Source of the DNA: Octopus vulgaris
Taxonomy: Eukaryota
Assembly: GCA_951406725.2 (NCBI GenBank)
Contig: OX597821.1
Location: forward strand, 91,264,001 to 91,328,000
DNA length: 64,000 nucleotides
Reading direction: 5' to 3'
Shown here in pieces: positions 12,250 to 25,545 of this stretch. Under the pieces are notes generated by a model. The model had not been told where the DNA came from. It worked only from the letters and a program-made list of their open reading frames with translations, and did not search any database. How positions within the stretch are numbered: the first letter of the stretch is position 1; each line of letters opens with the position of its first letter. A program made the translations under genes and the position numbers.

Positions 12250-12410
12250 ACATTCGTGGCTGTGTGATAAGAAATTTGCTTCCCAACCACATGGTTCTGG
12301 GTTCAGTCCCACTCCATGGCATCTTCAGCAAGTATCTTCTACGAGCTGTAGTCCAACCAAAGTCTTGTGAATGGGTTTGATTGACAGAAACTGAAAGAAA
12401 CTTATTGTAC
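12250..12410 (+). mobile_element. SINE family A, 5' half
   Basis: gtggctgtgtgataagaaatttgcttcccaaccacatggttctgggttcagtcccac. Confidence 0.8.
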
Positions 12411-12445
12411 ACACACACACATACACACGCACACACACACACACA

Positions 12446-12796
<351 letters not shown>

Positions 12797-12840
12797 TTCA
12801 ACCACGTGCTTTCACACACCAACTTTCTCACCTATATATA

Positions 12841-14300
12841 TGATTTGATTTGATTGATTTTGATTTTTCCAGTTTCAGCTCATGAGTTGTGGCCATGCTG
12901 GGGCACCGCCATTTGGTTTGCTACATGATTTTACCTCACGAATGCTTTTTAGCAACTGCCATTTGGTGCATGAGAGAGTTCGATGCAGCTGCCCTCATCT
13001 GCACCTCCTGCCGTGAAGTTGGTTCATCCGGAACACCTAACAGGAAGAGATCCAGTCCTACTTTAAAGACATCCGCATCTACACCATGCAGGTCCCTCAG
13101 GTTCTTCGGGAGGATATTGAAGAGCTGTGGGCCTCTGAAGCCCAGGCTATCACAGTATCTTGTCCTACATCTTGATGGCAAATTTGGAGTCCTTGGTACC
13201 ACGCAGTGGCGCCCGGTTCTGGCATTTGTGTGACTCTCGATGCCAAAGTTTGGGACAAGTCCTTCCAGGATCTTCCAGATATATATTATGGCATATCTTT
13301 CTCGCCTACGCTCCAAGGAATAGAGTTTTAATCTCTTGAGTCTTTCCCAGTAGCTTATATGCTGCACAGAGGCTATCTTCGTGTAGCTTCGTTGGATCGC
13401 CTCAAGTTCTGTGATCAACTTGACACTGGATGGTGACCATAGCTGAGAGCAATAGTCAAAGTGGCTTAGGACAAGTGTCTTCCAGAGGACCATCATGGTT
13501 TCTTGTTCTCTTGTTCTAAAGGTTCTAAGAATCCATCCGGCCAGCCGTCTACATTTCATTGCCAGTTTAGCAACATGTACATGAAAGGTCGCGTCATCAC
13601 TCATGTGAATACCCAGGTCACGCACTGATTGTGCCTCTGGGATTGCAATCCCTCCGGGTCCAGTATATTCATTGGGTATTGCATTCAGTTTTGCATGTTG
13701 ATAGTATAAAGCTTGAAACTTTTCAGCATTGAACTGCATGCTATTCTTTTCAGCCCACTTGTATATTTTGTCCAGCTCATATTGCAGGTGCTTAGTGTCT
13801 TCAGGGTTCTGTATTGCCTGTGAAACTTTTGTATCATCTGCATAACTTGTGATCGTGGCTCTCTGCGTGGCTGAGGGCATGTCTGAGAGGGCCATTATGA
13901 ACAGTAGTGGTCCCAAAACAGTGCCCTGCGGAACACCGCTCACTATTTGCCCCATTGGCTACTACCACCTGACTTCTATCTTTCAGAAAGTCATGAAGCC
14001 ATTCTCCCAGTTTTCCAACTATGTTGAGATCACGCAGTTTGTGACATATCATTCCATGATCGACTTTATCAAAGGCCTTTGCAAAGTCGAGATATATCAC
14101 TTCCACATTTGAGTGGTTGAGCAGTCGTTTCAGCACCCAGTCATAGTGTTGTAGGAGCTGAGTTAAGCAGCTTCTTCCTGGTCGGAAACCATGTTGGGTG
14201 TCAGGCAGCAAGTCATTTTCTTCAAGGAAGGTGATCAGTTTCCTTCTGACTATTCGTTCCATGACCTTGCTGATGTGTGAGGTCAGAGAGATAGGTCTGA
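12841..14300 (-). mobile_element. 5'-truncated LINE (CR1/L2-group RT) with intact 3' end
   Basis: ORFs 13834-14262 (QHGFRPGRSC, YLDFAKAFDKVDH) and 12936-13955 (SGVPQGTVLGPLLF, SYADDTK, YSLERRRERY) are separated by one frameshift. (AAATC)n-like tail at 12841-12868. Truncated at RPISLTS. Confidence 0.95.
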
Positions 14301-14306
14301 GAGATA

Positions 14307-15334
14307 GATCATCATCATCACCATTTCACAACCGTTGTCCATGCTGGCATGGGCGGATGGTTTGACTGAGATGGCAAGCCAGAAGGCTGCACCTGGTTCC
14401 AGTCTGGTGGTTTTCTATGGTTGGTTGCCCTTACTAACATCAACCACTCCGAGAGTGCAGTGGGTGCCATTTGCATGACAACAGAATGCATTTATGTACC
14501 ACCGGCATAGGTGCCACTATGTGTGATACTGGTATCTGCCATGACTGATTTTGCTTGGCTTGATGGATATTCTTCTCAATCACAACATAATGCCAACTGT
14601 CTTGGTCATTGCCTCTGTGAGGCCCAACACTCGAAAGGAACGCAGCCACTTAGCCACTGTGAGGCCCAACACTCGAAAGGAACACAGTCACTTTGTTTTC
14701 ATGAGGCCCATGACTCAAAAGAAGCTCAACCACTTTGCCTCCGTCAGGCCCAATGCCAGAGAGGAAGTCAGCCACTTTGCCTCCATGAGGCTTAACACTC
14801 AAGAAGGACTCGGCCATTTTGCCTCCATGTAACCTGAAGCCCAACGCCTGAAAGGAACACAGCCACTTTGCTTCTCTGAGGCCCAATGTTCAAAGGATGT
14901 TCATTACGTGCCACCAGCAAGGGTACACTTGGCTTGACTAGTCCTCTCAATCACAGCACATTATCAAAAGTTTCGGTCATCGGTCATTGCCTCTGTGAGG
15001 CTCAAAGTTTGAAGATCATGCTTCACCACTTCATCCCATATCTTCCTAGGTCTACCTCTACCACAGGTTCCCTCCACAGTTAGAGACTGGCACTTCTTTA
15101 CACAGCTGTCCTCACCTATACACATCACATGACCATACCCGCTCAGTTGTCCTTCTTGCACAGCACATCTGATTCCCCTTATGCCTAACTTTTCTCTCAA
15201 GATGCTTACCCTCTGTCAAACAGGCACACTGACATTGTACATCCAGCAAAGCATACTGGCTTCATTTCTTTCAAGCCTATGCATGTCCTCAGCTGTCATA
15301 GCCCATGTTACACTGCCTTGCAGCATAGCTGTTC

Positions 15335-15335
<1 letters not shown>
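14307..15335 (-). mobile_element. RTE LINE 3' fragment with (GAT)n tail
   Basis: MLQGSVTWAM..LERNEASML, GYGHV..VEGTCGRGRPRKIW. catcatcat tail at about 14309. Confidence 0.88.
14605..14900. repeat. About 41-bp minisatellite (about 7 copies) inside the RTE 3' UTR
   Basis: Repeated ccactttgcctccgtgaggcccaacactcgaaaggaacacag-like units. Confidence 0.85.
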
Positions 15336-15427
<92 letters not shown>

Positions 15428-15477
15428 ATATATATAAATATATATATATATAGAGAGAGATACATAAATAACATGCA

Positions 15478-15510
<33 letters not shown>

Positions 15511-16534
15511 GATGGCTGCCCCCTCATTATCGAGTATGGCCCTTGCACGAAGCTTAACTGTTATTGGTGCTGTGATCGAATGTATCTTTTTAGCCCAGCT
15601 AAAGATCTACAATGTCTTGTACAGAATTGGCAGCCAACGTTTCGGCCAGCTCGCCGCCTTGTAGTTAGTTGATTCTGTTGATCCAAGTACTTGGCTGGTA
15701 CTAATATTTTATCAACCCCGAAGGACTGAAAAGCAAGGCTGACCTCAGCAGGATTCGAACCCAGAATAAAAAGAGCCTGAGAAAATACTACAGGTCAAGT
15801 TTTTCCCCAATGTTCTAAATTCTGCTATAAATTTTATAATCAATTAGATACGTTGCACATCTGCCTCTGCACTCAACAGAAATTGATAGAATAATAAGAG
15901 TATTCATAATATAGTGATTTATACACATAGACACGAAACTAAGTATTATATAGCAAACACACACCAGCTTCTTGTTTTCTGTCATGTAAGCATAATGCAT
16001 GTATTTACTGTTTATTTAAAACTCATTTAATTTGCATAATATGAGTAGCACAGGTGACTGAGATTCAGGATTGCTAAGCAAAAGTTGCCAGGACTATTAC
16101 ACACACCAGTAACACAACTATAAGATGGGATACATATTTCTCATTTACTTAATACTATGAAAACGGAACCTGAAGTGCAGCTCTGCAAAAATTCATATTT
16201 TCTAAGTTATTAGCTTTTAGCTATTTTATTTGTGCAAATAATTTTCCTTTGATATTTCATAATTTAATGTGAGTAATCCTTAGTTAAATTATTCAGAATA
16301 TAATAATTCCAAGATGCACTCTTGGATGATATTTCTTGTGTTGATGGTCATTATGTGGTATTGGTCAACAAATGTTTTATCCGGTTCTTGATTTTACAAT
16401 TGTTTTCCTACAGTTTGCAGACCAGAACTTGTCAGCATAAGCCAAATAACGTAAGGCGAAATTCTACAATAACTATTATTGTCTTGTCAATGATACAATT
16501 CACTCACAAGATGAAATACTTCAACAATAGCAGA

Positions 16535-16768
16535 AAGGTGGCGAGCTGGCAGAATCGTTAGCACGCCGGGCGAAATGCCTAGCAGTATTTCGTCTGCCGC
16601 TACGTTCTGAGTTCAAATTCCACCGAGGTCAACTTTGCCTTTCATTCCTTCGGGGTCAATAAATTAAGTACTAGTTACGCACTGGGGTCGATATAATCGA
16701 CTTAATCCGTTTGTCTGTCTTTGATTGTCCTCTCTATGTTTAGCCCCTTGTAGGTAGTAAAGAAATAG
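16535..16768 (+). mobile_element. SINE family C (tRNA-derived)
   Basis: ggcgagctggcagaatcgttagc (A-box-like), gagttcaaattcc (B box), tail gtagtaaagaaata. Confidence 0.9.
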
Positions 16769-17324
16769 TAGAAATAAATAACAATTTACGGAATCAAAGT
16801 AGAGATCTAGAGATGATCTCACTGAGAGTTACAAAGACAAAGGTTGATATTTCTAACCAATCAGTAATGCTGTGTCATATACACGGCAAATATAGTTTAT
16901 TCTTACTTGTCCTATCTACATAGATGTAAAAAAAATAATATTGGAAGATACAGGCTTTAGCTATGAGAAAGGTCAACACTAACAGCTGTTGTGATTAGTT
17001 CAAATTCTCCTAAGGTCAAATCTGACATTTATTCATCCACAGCTGAGTGAATACATTATCAATGAAGTACTTAGGTTGAATCCTACCACGAAATATATGG
17101 TGAATAATATTTGTTTGTTTGACATTCATTGCAAAGGATTATCTCTATAATATTTTTGGTTCCAACATTGTTTTTTCTGTGCTATATCCATTGCAGGATT
17201 TATGTAGCCTGTTCCCCCCATTTTACAGTTGTGTAGGCTGGACAAATAGAAATAAACTATATTTGCCATGTGTAAGGCACATGTGTGTGTTACACATGCA
17301 TATTTATGTGCATAAGTATATGAA

Positions 17325-17503
17325 TAGATCGTTAGCCACTACACACTTTTTTTTCTCTCCTTCTTTTTTCTGTGTCCCTTTCTGTAGAAGAGCGTAGGCT
17401 CGAAACGTAAAACACTTTTTCAATTCCTGTGCGTTATACTAATATATCTGTTTGTTTTGTACACCACCTGTCTTCGTCTTTTGTTTTTTTTCGTAAACTC
17501 TCC
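17325..17503 (+). mobile_element. Dispersed repeat carrying a variant hammerhead motif (17378-17413); probable Penelope-derived pLTR
   Basis: cttt-CTGTAGA-a-GAGC(gtag)GCTC-GAAA-cg-TA-aaac. Six copies in the window. Confidence 0.7.
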
Positions 17504-17517
17504 CTATATATATACAT

Positions 17518-17565
<48 letters not shown>

Positions 17566-18799
17566 CTCATTTTCTTGAGTGACAAAACCATCAATAAATG
17601 GTGGTACCTTTTTGTTTGTCAAGGTTTTTTTCAATTATCCTCAAGAAATTATTCCTGTCTTTAGCATGCATGCAATTACGAAAACTCATTCACAAGCAAT
17701 GAAGATGCTTTTAGGGTTTTTGAAAACAAGTCTTGCTAATCAGAAAGTGTGTTAAAGAACATTTAATATAACCATGCAACGCTAATCAGATGAATGTGCT
17801 TCTGGTCTTCTGCAGCCCAATATTCGTAATTAGATAAGGAGTTCTGTTTTAAGTGTTTTTCAACTCTGTGATGTTCAGAATGAAGCAAAAATATTTCTGC
17901 AGCTTTTATATCTTGAAGGAAATAATCATATTACAGTTCTTTATAGATGTTTTCACATCTAAAGGAGGAATATTAGGCCAGATATTTATTGCCATTTTAT
18001 AGCCAAGTTGAGCTGATTAGAGACATTTTTAGGCATCTTTTGAACCCAATAACATCAATAACATTAGGTATTAACTAAGATCTTTAAAAGCGTGTGAAAC
18101 CTATTTTTATATTGCAACTGTTGATATCAAGCAAGATTTAGCAATTCTTACCTCTTCTTTATTCAGTTATCTGACAGCTGATTGAGTTTTTTTATTTCAT
18201 TTCTTTCCTACATCTGTTTGCTTAAATTTTAAGGCTAAAGTGATTTGAATGACCCACAGATTTACAATATTTTATTTCGTTGTTAATAGGTTAGTGTGAC
18301 ACTCATTTGAATTTGACAGGACAGAACTCAGAAACAGAAGGAAGAAAGCTAATAAATATTGGTTTCAAATTTTTGCACAAAGCCAGCAATTTCAAGGTGA
18401 GGGTAAAGTTGATTACATCAACTCCAGTACCCAGCTGGTTCTTATTTTATTAACCCCTAAAGGAAAATCAAGCAACATAGTCAAACAGTCTGAGCTGGGG
18501 CTCCTTAATCATACCAGTAACAAGATGCATCCCAATTTCTTGGTAGAATCATTGGTGGGATACAAAATCTAAACAATGGCAACCCAAAATTCTACAAAAC
18601 CTCTTGATTCCAAGGGAGTTCAGGTAGCGCCTAAGGGTCCCAGACAGTGTGCAAATCTTAACAAGTATAGAGCAAGACAGGGAGCCCTAAAGACCTAAAG
18701 ATCCAAACCTTTACCTCCTGCACAGATATTGGCAGTTACTAAACACCTTTGTCCAAAGTCTCCACTACTGCACAGCTCATCCAATTATTTTTAATACCT

Positions 18800-19170
18800 C
18801 TATGAATATCAATGCCAAGTTAAGTGAAACAGTCCACACCTTCATTATTCTTTCCTGCAACAGAGACAAATGAGGTGGAATCCTCCAAGAAAGAAGCCAA
18901 CGAAAGACTATATCATTTTCTTGACCCAGGGCACTCTAGGGACAAATGGTACTGCTTTCTCACTCAGTGAAAGAAGGACATTTCTTAAGGCATCCAGAGA
19001 CTCAGCGAGAATAATAGTCATCAGCAAAATCTAGGTCTGCAATCCTAGTTTTACAGCTCAATTGAGCCACCATTCAGCCAAGTATCCAATCCATGCAGGC
19101 ACTGAACCAACACAAAACTCTGGCAGACCCTAAGTCTAACTGAGGAAAAAGTCAAGTATTGACTCAACAT
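18800..19170 (-). mobile_element. Decayed RTE RT-domain fragment
   Basis: The minus strand reads IADLDFADD at about 19015-19043, preceded by a decayed GVRQGCVL..CMDWIL. Confidence 0.7.
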
Positions 19171-19229
19171 CTGAATGTGAATGTGTGTGTGAATGTGTGT
19201 ATGTCTGTGTGTGGTCATATATATATATG

Positions 19230-19365
19230 GGTAAAAATGAAAGGCAAAGACAGGTGGTGTAGACAACAAACAGATGTATTAGTTTAATGTTCAGGAAGTA
19301 AAAAAAGTCTTTAACGTTTCGAGCCTACACTCTTCCACAGAAAGGAACACAGAAACAAACAAGGA
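19230..19365 (-). mobile_element. Hammerhead-motif repeat copy (motif 19309-19344)
   Basis: Reverse complement reads cttt-CTGTGGA-a-GAGT(gtag)GCTC-GAAA-cg-TT-aaag. Confidence 0.7.
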
Positions 19366-20231
19366 TATTTATTTCTATATACATTTCTATATACAAAGTG
19401 AGCATGTTAGAGAGTATTTTTGTCCTAAAATAAGTATGAAGCTATAACCATGGAAAGAGAGACAACATGAATACATCTAACTTCACCAATATTGAATGAT
19501 AACCAACTAGTTGAATCAAGGTTCTTCAGCCATTAAAACTGAGCATTCTCTCTTGATGCTATAATTACTAAATTAATTGAGACAGGGAAAGGCTAGGAAT
19601 GTATTTTTTTTGAAAAATTAGTTATAGCAAGGCTAGAAATATATTTTAATACAGAATTAATTTTCATATGCTTTATTGCTACAGTTCTCATCCTTCTGCA
19701 TCCCTTTCACAAAATGATTTTGTGCAAATTCCCCGACGCATATATTGTAAAGATAAAGATTATTTTAATCAAAGAGAACCTAATTTTGCACAGTGGGTTA
19801 TTATCTAAATTTTCTGTTACTATCCATCCACCATTGGCTTCGTTTTATATAGTTTCATGGATTAATGCTCCCTGTGTCAAATTTTTATGGATATTACAAA
19901 AGAAGGACAAGTATATACATGGAATTACATTGGATCTTGATGCATCATTGGTGATATTTCTACCCACTAATAACACAGTATCCTATTCATATTCTAATCC
20001 CAACAAAAATTATTTTTTTAAATATAATTATTGTACCTGGTTTACATATTTCATTTCTGAATAAAACCTCAATCTCTCTAAATTTTTATAGAAATTACTA
20101 AACGCAAGTAATTATAAAATGAAATTATATTGAACCATTTGTGCTTCATCAGTTATATTTTTACTCCCTTAAAACATAATGCCATACTTGTACTCTAACA
20201 CCAATGCAGATTTTCTTGTAAATGTGCTTAC

Positions 20232-20634
20232 ACAGGAGTGGCTGTGTGGTAAGTAGCTTGTTTACTAACCACATGGTTCTGGGTTCAGTCCCACTGCGTG
20301 GCACCTTGGGCATGTGTCTTCTACTATAGCCTTGGGCCAACCAATGCCTTGTGAGTGGATTTGGTAGACAGAAACTGAAAGAAGCCTGTCATATATGTGT
20401 ATATATATATATATGCGTGTTTGTGTGTCTGTGTTTGTCCCCCTAGCATTGCTTGACAACTGATGCTGGTGTGTTTATGTCCCCGTCACTTAGCGGTTCG
20501 GCAAAAGAGACTGATAGAATAAGTACTGGGCTTACAAAAGAATAAGTCCCAGGGTCGAGTTGCTCGATTAAAGGCGGTGCTCCAGCATGGCCACAGTCAA
20601 ATGACTGAAACAAGTAAAAGAGTAAGAGTAAAAG
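20232..20634 (+). mobile_element. SINE family A, full length
   Basis: caggagtggctgtgtggtaag head, ggttcagtccc B-box-like motif, (agtaaaag)n tail. Confidence 0.92.
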
Positions 20635-22129
20635 GAAAATATTGCTCTTGGTTTAAATGTTTTATTTCTAAAGAAAATCATGACCCCCACTCTCTAAAAC
20701 CCTTGCTGCCCTTTTGTTATCTCACAACATTCCCAGTTACTACCTCCCAGGTTTAAAACCTCTCTTCTATTTTATGATCCTAATTTTCTCATACACTGAT
20801 TTTGAAGTCCACACCAGTGATAAAAGTAAATATGTAAACAACAGGATTGAAATAAATATGTGTTTCTGATTATAACAATTCTATATGATGCTTAATTAAA
20901 TTAAAATTGCTATCCTTTAGTCTTCAGTCAGATTTTAATGATTGGTCATGTGGTTATAACTCCAAATAATTTTATTGTGAGACTAGGACAATATCCTAAT
21001 TCATAATTAATCAAGTTGAGATTTTTACCCCAAACTTCACTAAAATTGCAGAACTTAATTTTTCCATTTATAAAGTTTAATCATTAAGTTATTCTAAGTT
21101 ACTCAATAACTGAAAATTTCATTCTTACTGTTCATCAAGAATTACATGTAATCTGACTGATTCCAAACGACTGTGGGTGAAAAATTCTCATCAATCACAT
21201 TTCTTTAAGACAAGAATCAATTAAAGAACCATCTTGCTAATCTTGTTCACCTCACTATTTATCAAGAACTTTCTTCTGTTCAAAGCTGTCATCAACAACA
21301 TGATATCATATAATTATTGCCACCAATTCAGGAACAATTTAAAATCTAAACATAAAATCAGAAACTGAATCATCATGTCCAATATTTATTTAGTTATTAA
21401 TTACACAGGTGTGTAAATTGCCATATTTTGGTTGAGACTGTGCAATTTGGTGTGAGCATATGTGTCTGATTTTAGTAATACACATTGTGCCTGTGTATGT
21501 ATATGCAAATGTATGTGAGCATTTGATTACATGTGTATGTACATGTATGTTGTTATTAAATGCAAGTCTATATTGTGATAGTTAAGAAGAAAGTCTGAAA
21601 ACCTATGTATGCATATGTGAATTCTTATACATAAATGTGCCTGTGTATATATCTGTGTAAGATTTTATCCATATGCACATAAATAGTGTTATTAAATTCA
21701 AATACACATTGTCATTCATGGATGTATGTACTTGTGCTTGGTGAGAGTGAAATATATATATATATATATGTATATAATGTCTGTCTGTATGTACACACAT
21801 ACACATGTGTGCATACATAAACACATATGTAAACATACACAGACAGATGCATCCATTCATATATGCATACAGACAGACAGACAGACAGGCAATGAGACAT
21901 ACTAGAATGATATTAATAAATAATGGTAGCTTCCACATTATTAGAAGGTAGAAGCATAAGGACAATTCAGATGACCTTTGAGTGCTACATTGTATAACTT
22001 AGACAACATCTGCTGAACAATAAAGAGAGTGGTGCAGATATATCATATATGTATTCAACAGTAAAAGCAACAACATAATGTGATTAAGTGAAGAATTTCT
22101 GAATAAGTAGTCTGAGTGCATGGCGAAAC

Positions 22130-22560
22130 CCTGCTAACTGAGTTTAGATGGACTAACCTGCTTAAACAAATACATGAAGATGAAATAAAGAACAAAATAA
22201 GAATTTTTAATACTAACGTAAAAGCAGTTTTATTGTATGGAGCTGAGACATGGTGAACAACATTTAAGTCAAATAAGCAAATACAATCATTCATCAACAG
22301 ATGCTTGCGTAGTATACTTAAAATTAGATGGCCCGAATACATAAGCAATGTGGAGCTATGGCAAAGAACAAATCAAGTTTCGATTAGGGAGCAAATATTT
22401 AAGAAAAAGTGGAAGTAGATTGGTAGCACAATTAGAAAAGACACACCAAATGTAGCAAAAACTGCTTTACAGGGGAATCCGGATGGATATAGAAAAAAAA
22501 GGTAAGCCTAAGAACTCTTGGCATAGATCAACACAAAAGGAACAAGAGAAAGGACATTCA
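22130..22560 (+). mobile_element. Decayed RTE LINE C-terminal fragment
   Basis: KIRIFNTNVKAVLLYGAETW*..FINRCLRSILKIRWPEYISNVELW. Confidence 0.85.
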
Positions 22561-22614
22561 TGACAGAGTATAAGTACAGAAGCTTATTTATTTGCATTGT
22601 TTTGAATTACTCAT

Positions 22615-22812
22615 GCTTGTGCCATGTAAAAGACACTAAGTCAACTCTTCTGAGTAGTTACTACTAGGAAGGGCAACCAGCTGTAAAAATCCTACCCAAA
22701 CAGTCAGAGTAGTCTGGTGCAGGCTTCTCCCTGGCTGGCTCTTGTCAAATCATCCCACCCATGCCTACATGGAAGGTGGATGTTAAACGATGATGATGAA
22801 TATGATGATGAG
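22615..22812 (+). mobile_element. RTE 3'-UTR fragment
   Basis: ggaagggcaaccagctgtaaaa...gatgttaaacgatgatgatga tail. Confidence 0.6.
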
Positions 22813-23343
22813 GCATTATTTTGGTGGTATAGTTGTATATTTTTAGAATGACATTGTGTGGTAGGTGTGGGAGATGAGATCTCGCTGATTTCAATGCAAA
22901 ACTGGTAGAATATTTAAGCCAGATATGTTTGGTTCAAATACTAAAGGGTTAATGTGGTGAAATATATTTTGGGTAGAAATACATAGGTGAACAACAGTTG
23001 TTTTTGAGAAAAGAAATATTAACAACCAGCTTTAACTGTGTTTATAGGTTTTATAAATACAGCACTTCTGAGATTAAACAATGTTGGTATTGTTTTTTGT
23101 CTGGGGAGAGTCATTCTCTTTTAGTGCTTTATTATTTAACACACTCACTGGTAAAGTTTCCACTCATTTACTTATTTATCTTTCCTAAAATTTTCGTTCT
23201 GAGCTGTGTTCTTTTTGTTTGTTTGTGTGCATGTGCAAGGGGCAGTGTGTGTGCACATACACATGTATGTATGTATGTATGCATGCTTGCATGTAAGTGT
23301 CTGTATGCATGTATGAGTTATTGTTTGTGTAATATAACATGCA

Positions 23344-23595
23344 GTGGAGGCACGTGGCTTAGTGGTTGGGGTGTCAGCACCATGGTCGTAAGATTGTGGT
23401 TTCAATTCCAGGATTGGGCAACACGTTGTGTTCTTGAGCAAAACACTTTATTTCACATTGTTCCAGTCCACTCAGCTGGCAAAAATGAGTAACGCTGCGA
23501 TGGACTAGCGTCCCATCCAGCTGGGGAACATATACACCATAGAAACCGGGCCCCATGAGACTGACTAGGCTTTAAAAGGGCGCATTTATTATTTT
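23344..23595 (+). mobile_element. SINE with B-type tRNA head and alternative body/tail
   Basis: gtggaggcacgtggcttagtggt..gtttcaattcc head, gcgatggactagcgtcccatccagctgggg domain, aaaagggcgcat tail. Confidence 0.85.
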
Positions 23596-24001
23596 TAATA
23601 TACCATACAACAACAAAAATAATAGTTTGATATATACTCTGATGACATCAGATTCAAAACATGCCAAACAATGGGAAGTTGGCTGCTTACAGAGTGTCGT
23701 ACAGATATGAAACATCTTGTAAATATTTTTAGCTAACCTTTATATAAAAGGACAAGTCTGACTTCAGTGGGATTTTATTTCTGAAAGTAAAGAACACGAT
23801 TCCATATTATAAGTATTTTTACTGCCATGCTATCACTTAGGTTCTGTTCACAAACTTTAAGCTTTATATAATGTTAGGTTTTATGTTGATCAACCATGAG
23901 AAGACAAAATGATCAATGGTTTATATGAAGGGTAGATCATCTCTATCCTATCGATTCTGATGACTGTCCTTATCTATAGCATTACTTCAATGGCATTTTC
24001 A

Positions 24002-24043
<42 letters not shown>

Positions 24044-24485
24044 GCACACACACACACACAAAGATACATTCACATACATATATACATACATATATACAAA
24101 CGTGCATACATACATATATATAAAAAGGGAGTTATGTATATAAAGAAATGTCTTTCAGATTTATGGTTTCTTTGGGATCAGCTTCAACTTGCATTCTCTG
24201 AGGGTAAATTATCATCTGTAATGTACTGGGTTTAATATGTTTGTCTTATACAACTTCATCTTACGGACAAATCCTTTTGATGAGTCAATTACAAATTTTA
24301 TTGATGCCTTACTAATTCTATGTAAATAAATGCCATACTAATTCTGTGTCAGATGATTCATATTAAAGCTAATCTTACTTCATCCGCATCTCTCTCCTAT
24401 CATTACCACTTCATCTTCCTTTCTTTCTCCATCTTTTTCTGCCTTCTTTTACTCATACACTTTTTCCCTTCTGCTCTGCTTAGAA

Positions 24486-24527
<42 letters not shown>

Positions 24528-25545
24528 TCTCTCTCTCTCTCACTCACTCTCTCACTCTCACTCTCCCTCACACTCTCTCAATCATTCTCTCTTTAATATA
24601 CTGCCTCCTATTGGCTCTGTTTTTCAGAGATATTTATTCCCTCTCTCACATTTATTCTCTTACTCTCTCTCACTCTCTCAGTCATTCAATTACCTTTTCC
24701 TTTTCTTTTACTCAGTTTTCTCTCTTCTCCGTTACAACTGGGTGAAGTTTCTCATATAACGCTTGGTTTCCCTCCATTGGTATGTAACTAGCGCCATTCT
24801 TCATAAGACAAACAGTTAAATACTAAAACAAAAAAAAAACACAAAAGCCAAAACAAAAAACACAAACACTCAAAAGCCAAAAACAGACAGTTATATTAAA
24901 GAAATCCAATTGATTAATATCTTTTAATCTAAAACATCTATTCCCAGAATATTTTCTTCATCTGACGATATTATGACAAGATGAAATAAATTATACCACC
25001 AGGATTTTATAACAGAGGCTTTTCAAAAAAGAAATATGAAGTCTTCTATATATTCTTCTTATGATTTTTTAGCCGCCTCTTTGTCTGTTCCAACAATAAC
25101 AGCAACCGATTCTAGGTGCCCTTTCTTAACCTTTATGCCACTTTATGAAACCACTGCCAGTAACTACGCACCAACTGCTAAATAAGGATAGTCGCTAGAA
25201 TTGGCACAATGTGTTGGTCTTTATCAGCTTGAAATATATTGGATATAGAAATGAAAGAAGTGTATGCTGTTGTACCAAAAGATGAGGTAGAAATGAAATA
25301 AATTGGTGCAAGCTTTGTGAAGCATTATGAAGAGGTTCCATTTTCTGATGGTGATGAACTTTACCAAAAATTGTTGGTTGCAACTTTAGTTTACAAAACA
25401 TCAACATACTTTTGTTATCTAAAACTATGTTAGGCAAAACGTAGAGTTTTTATGTCTCTATTTTAATTTCTAAAAATAGTGACTGAATATTCCCAAAATT
25501 CCAGGACATCACCAACGAGTGAAAAATACGTAAACACACAACGAG

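Noticed and set aside
12936-13955. 339-aa ORF as a functional host gene or active LINE
   Set aside because: It is a 5'-truncated LINE ORF2 without an endonuclease domain and with a frameshift inside the RT.
18145-18215. gag|GTAAG donor suggesting a live minus-strand exon
   Set aside because: All three frames just upstream contain stops, and no partner exons were found.
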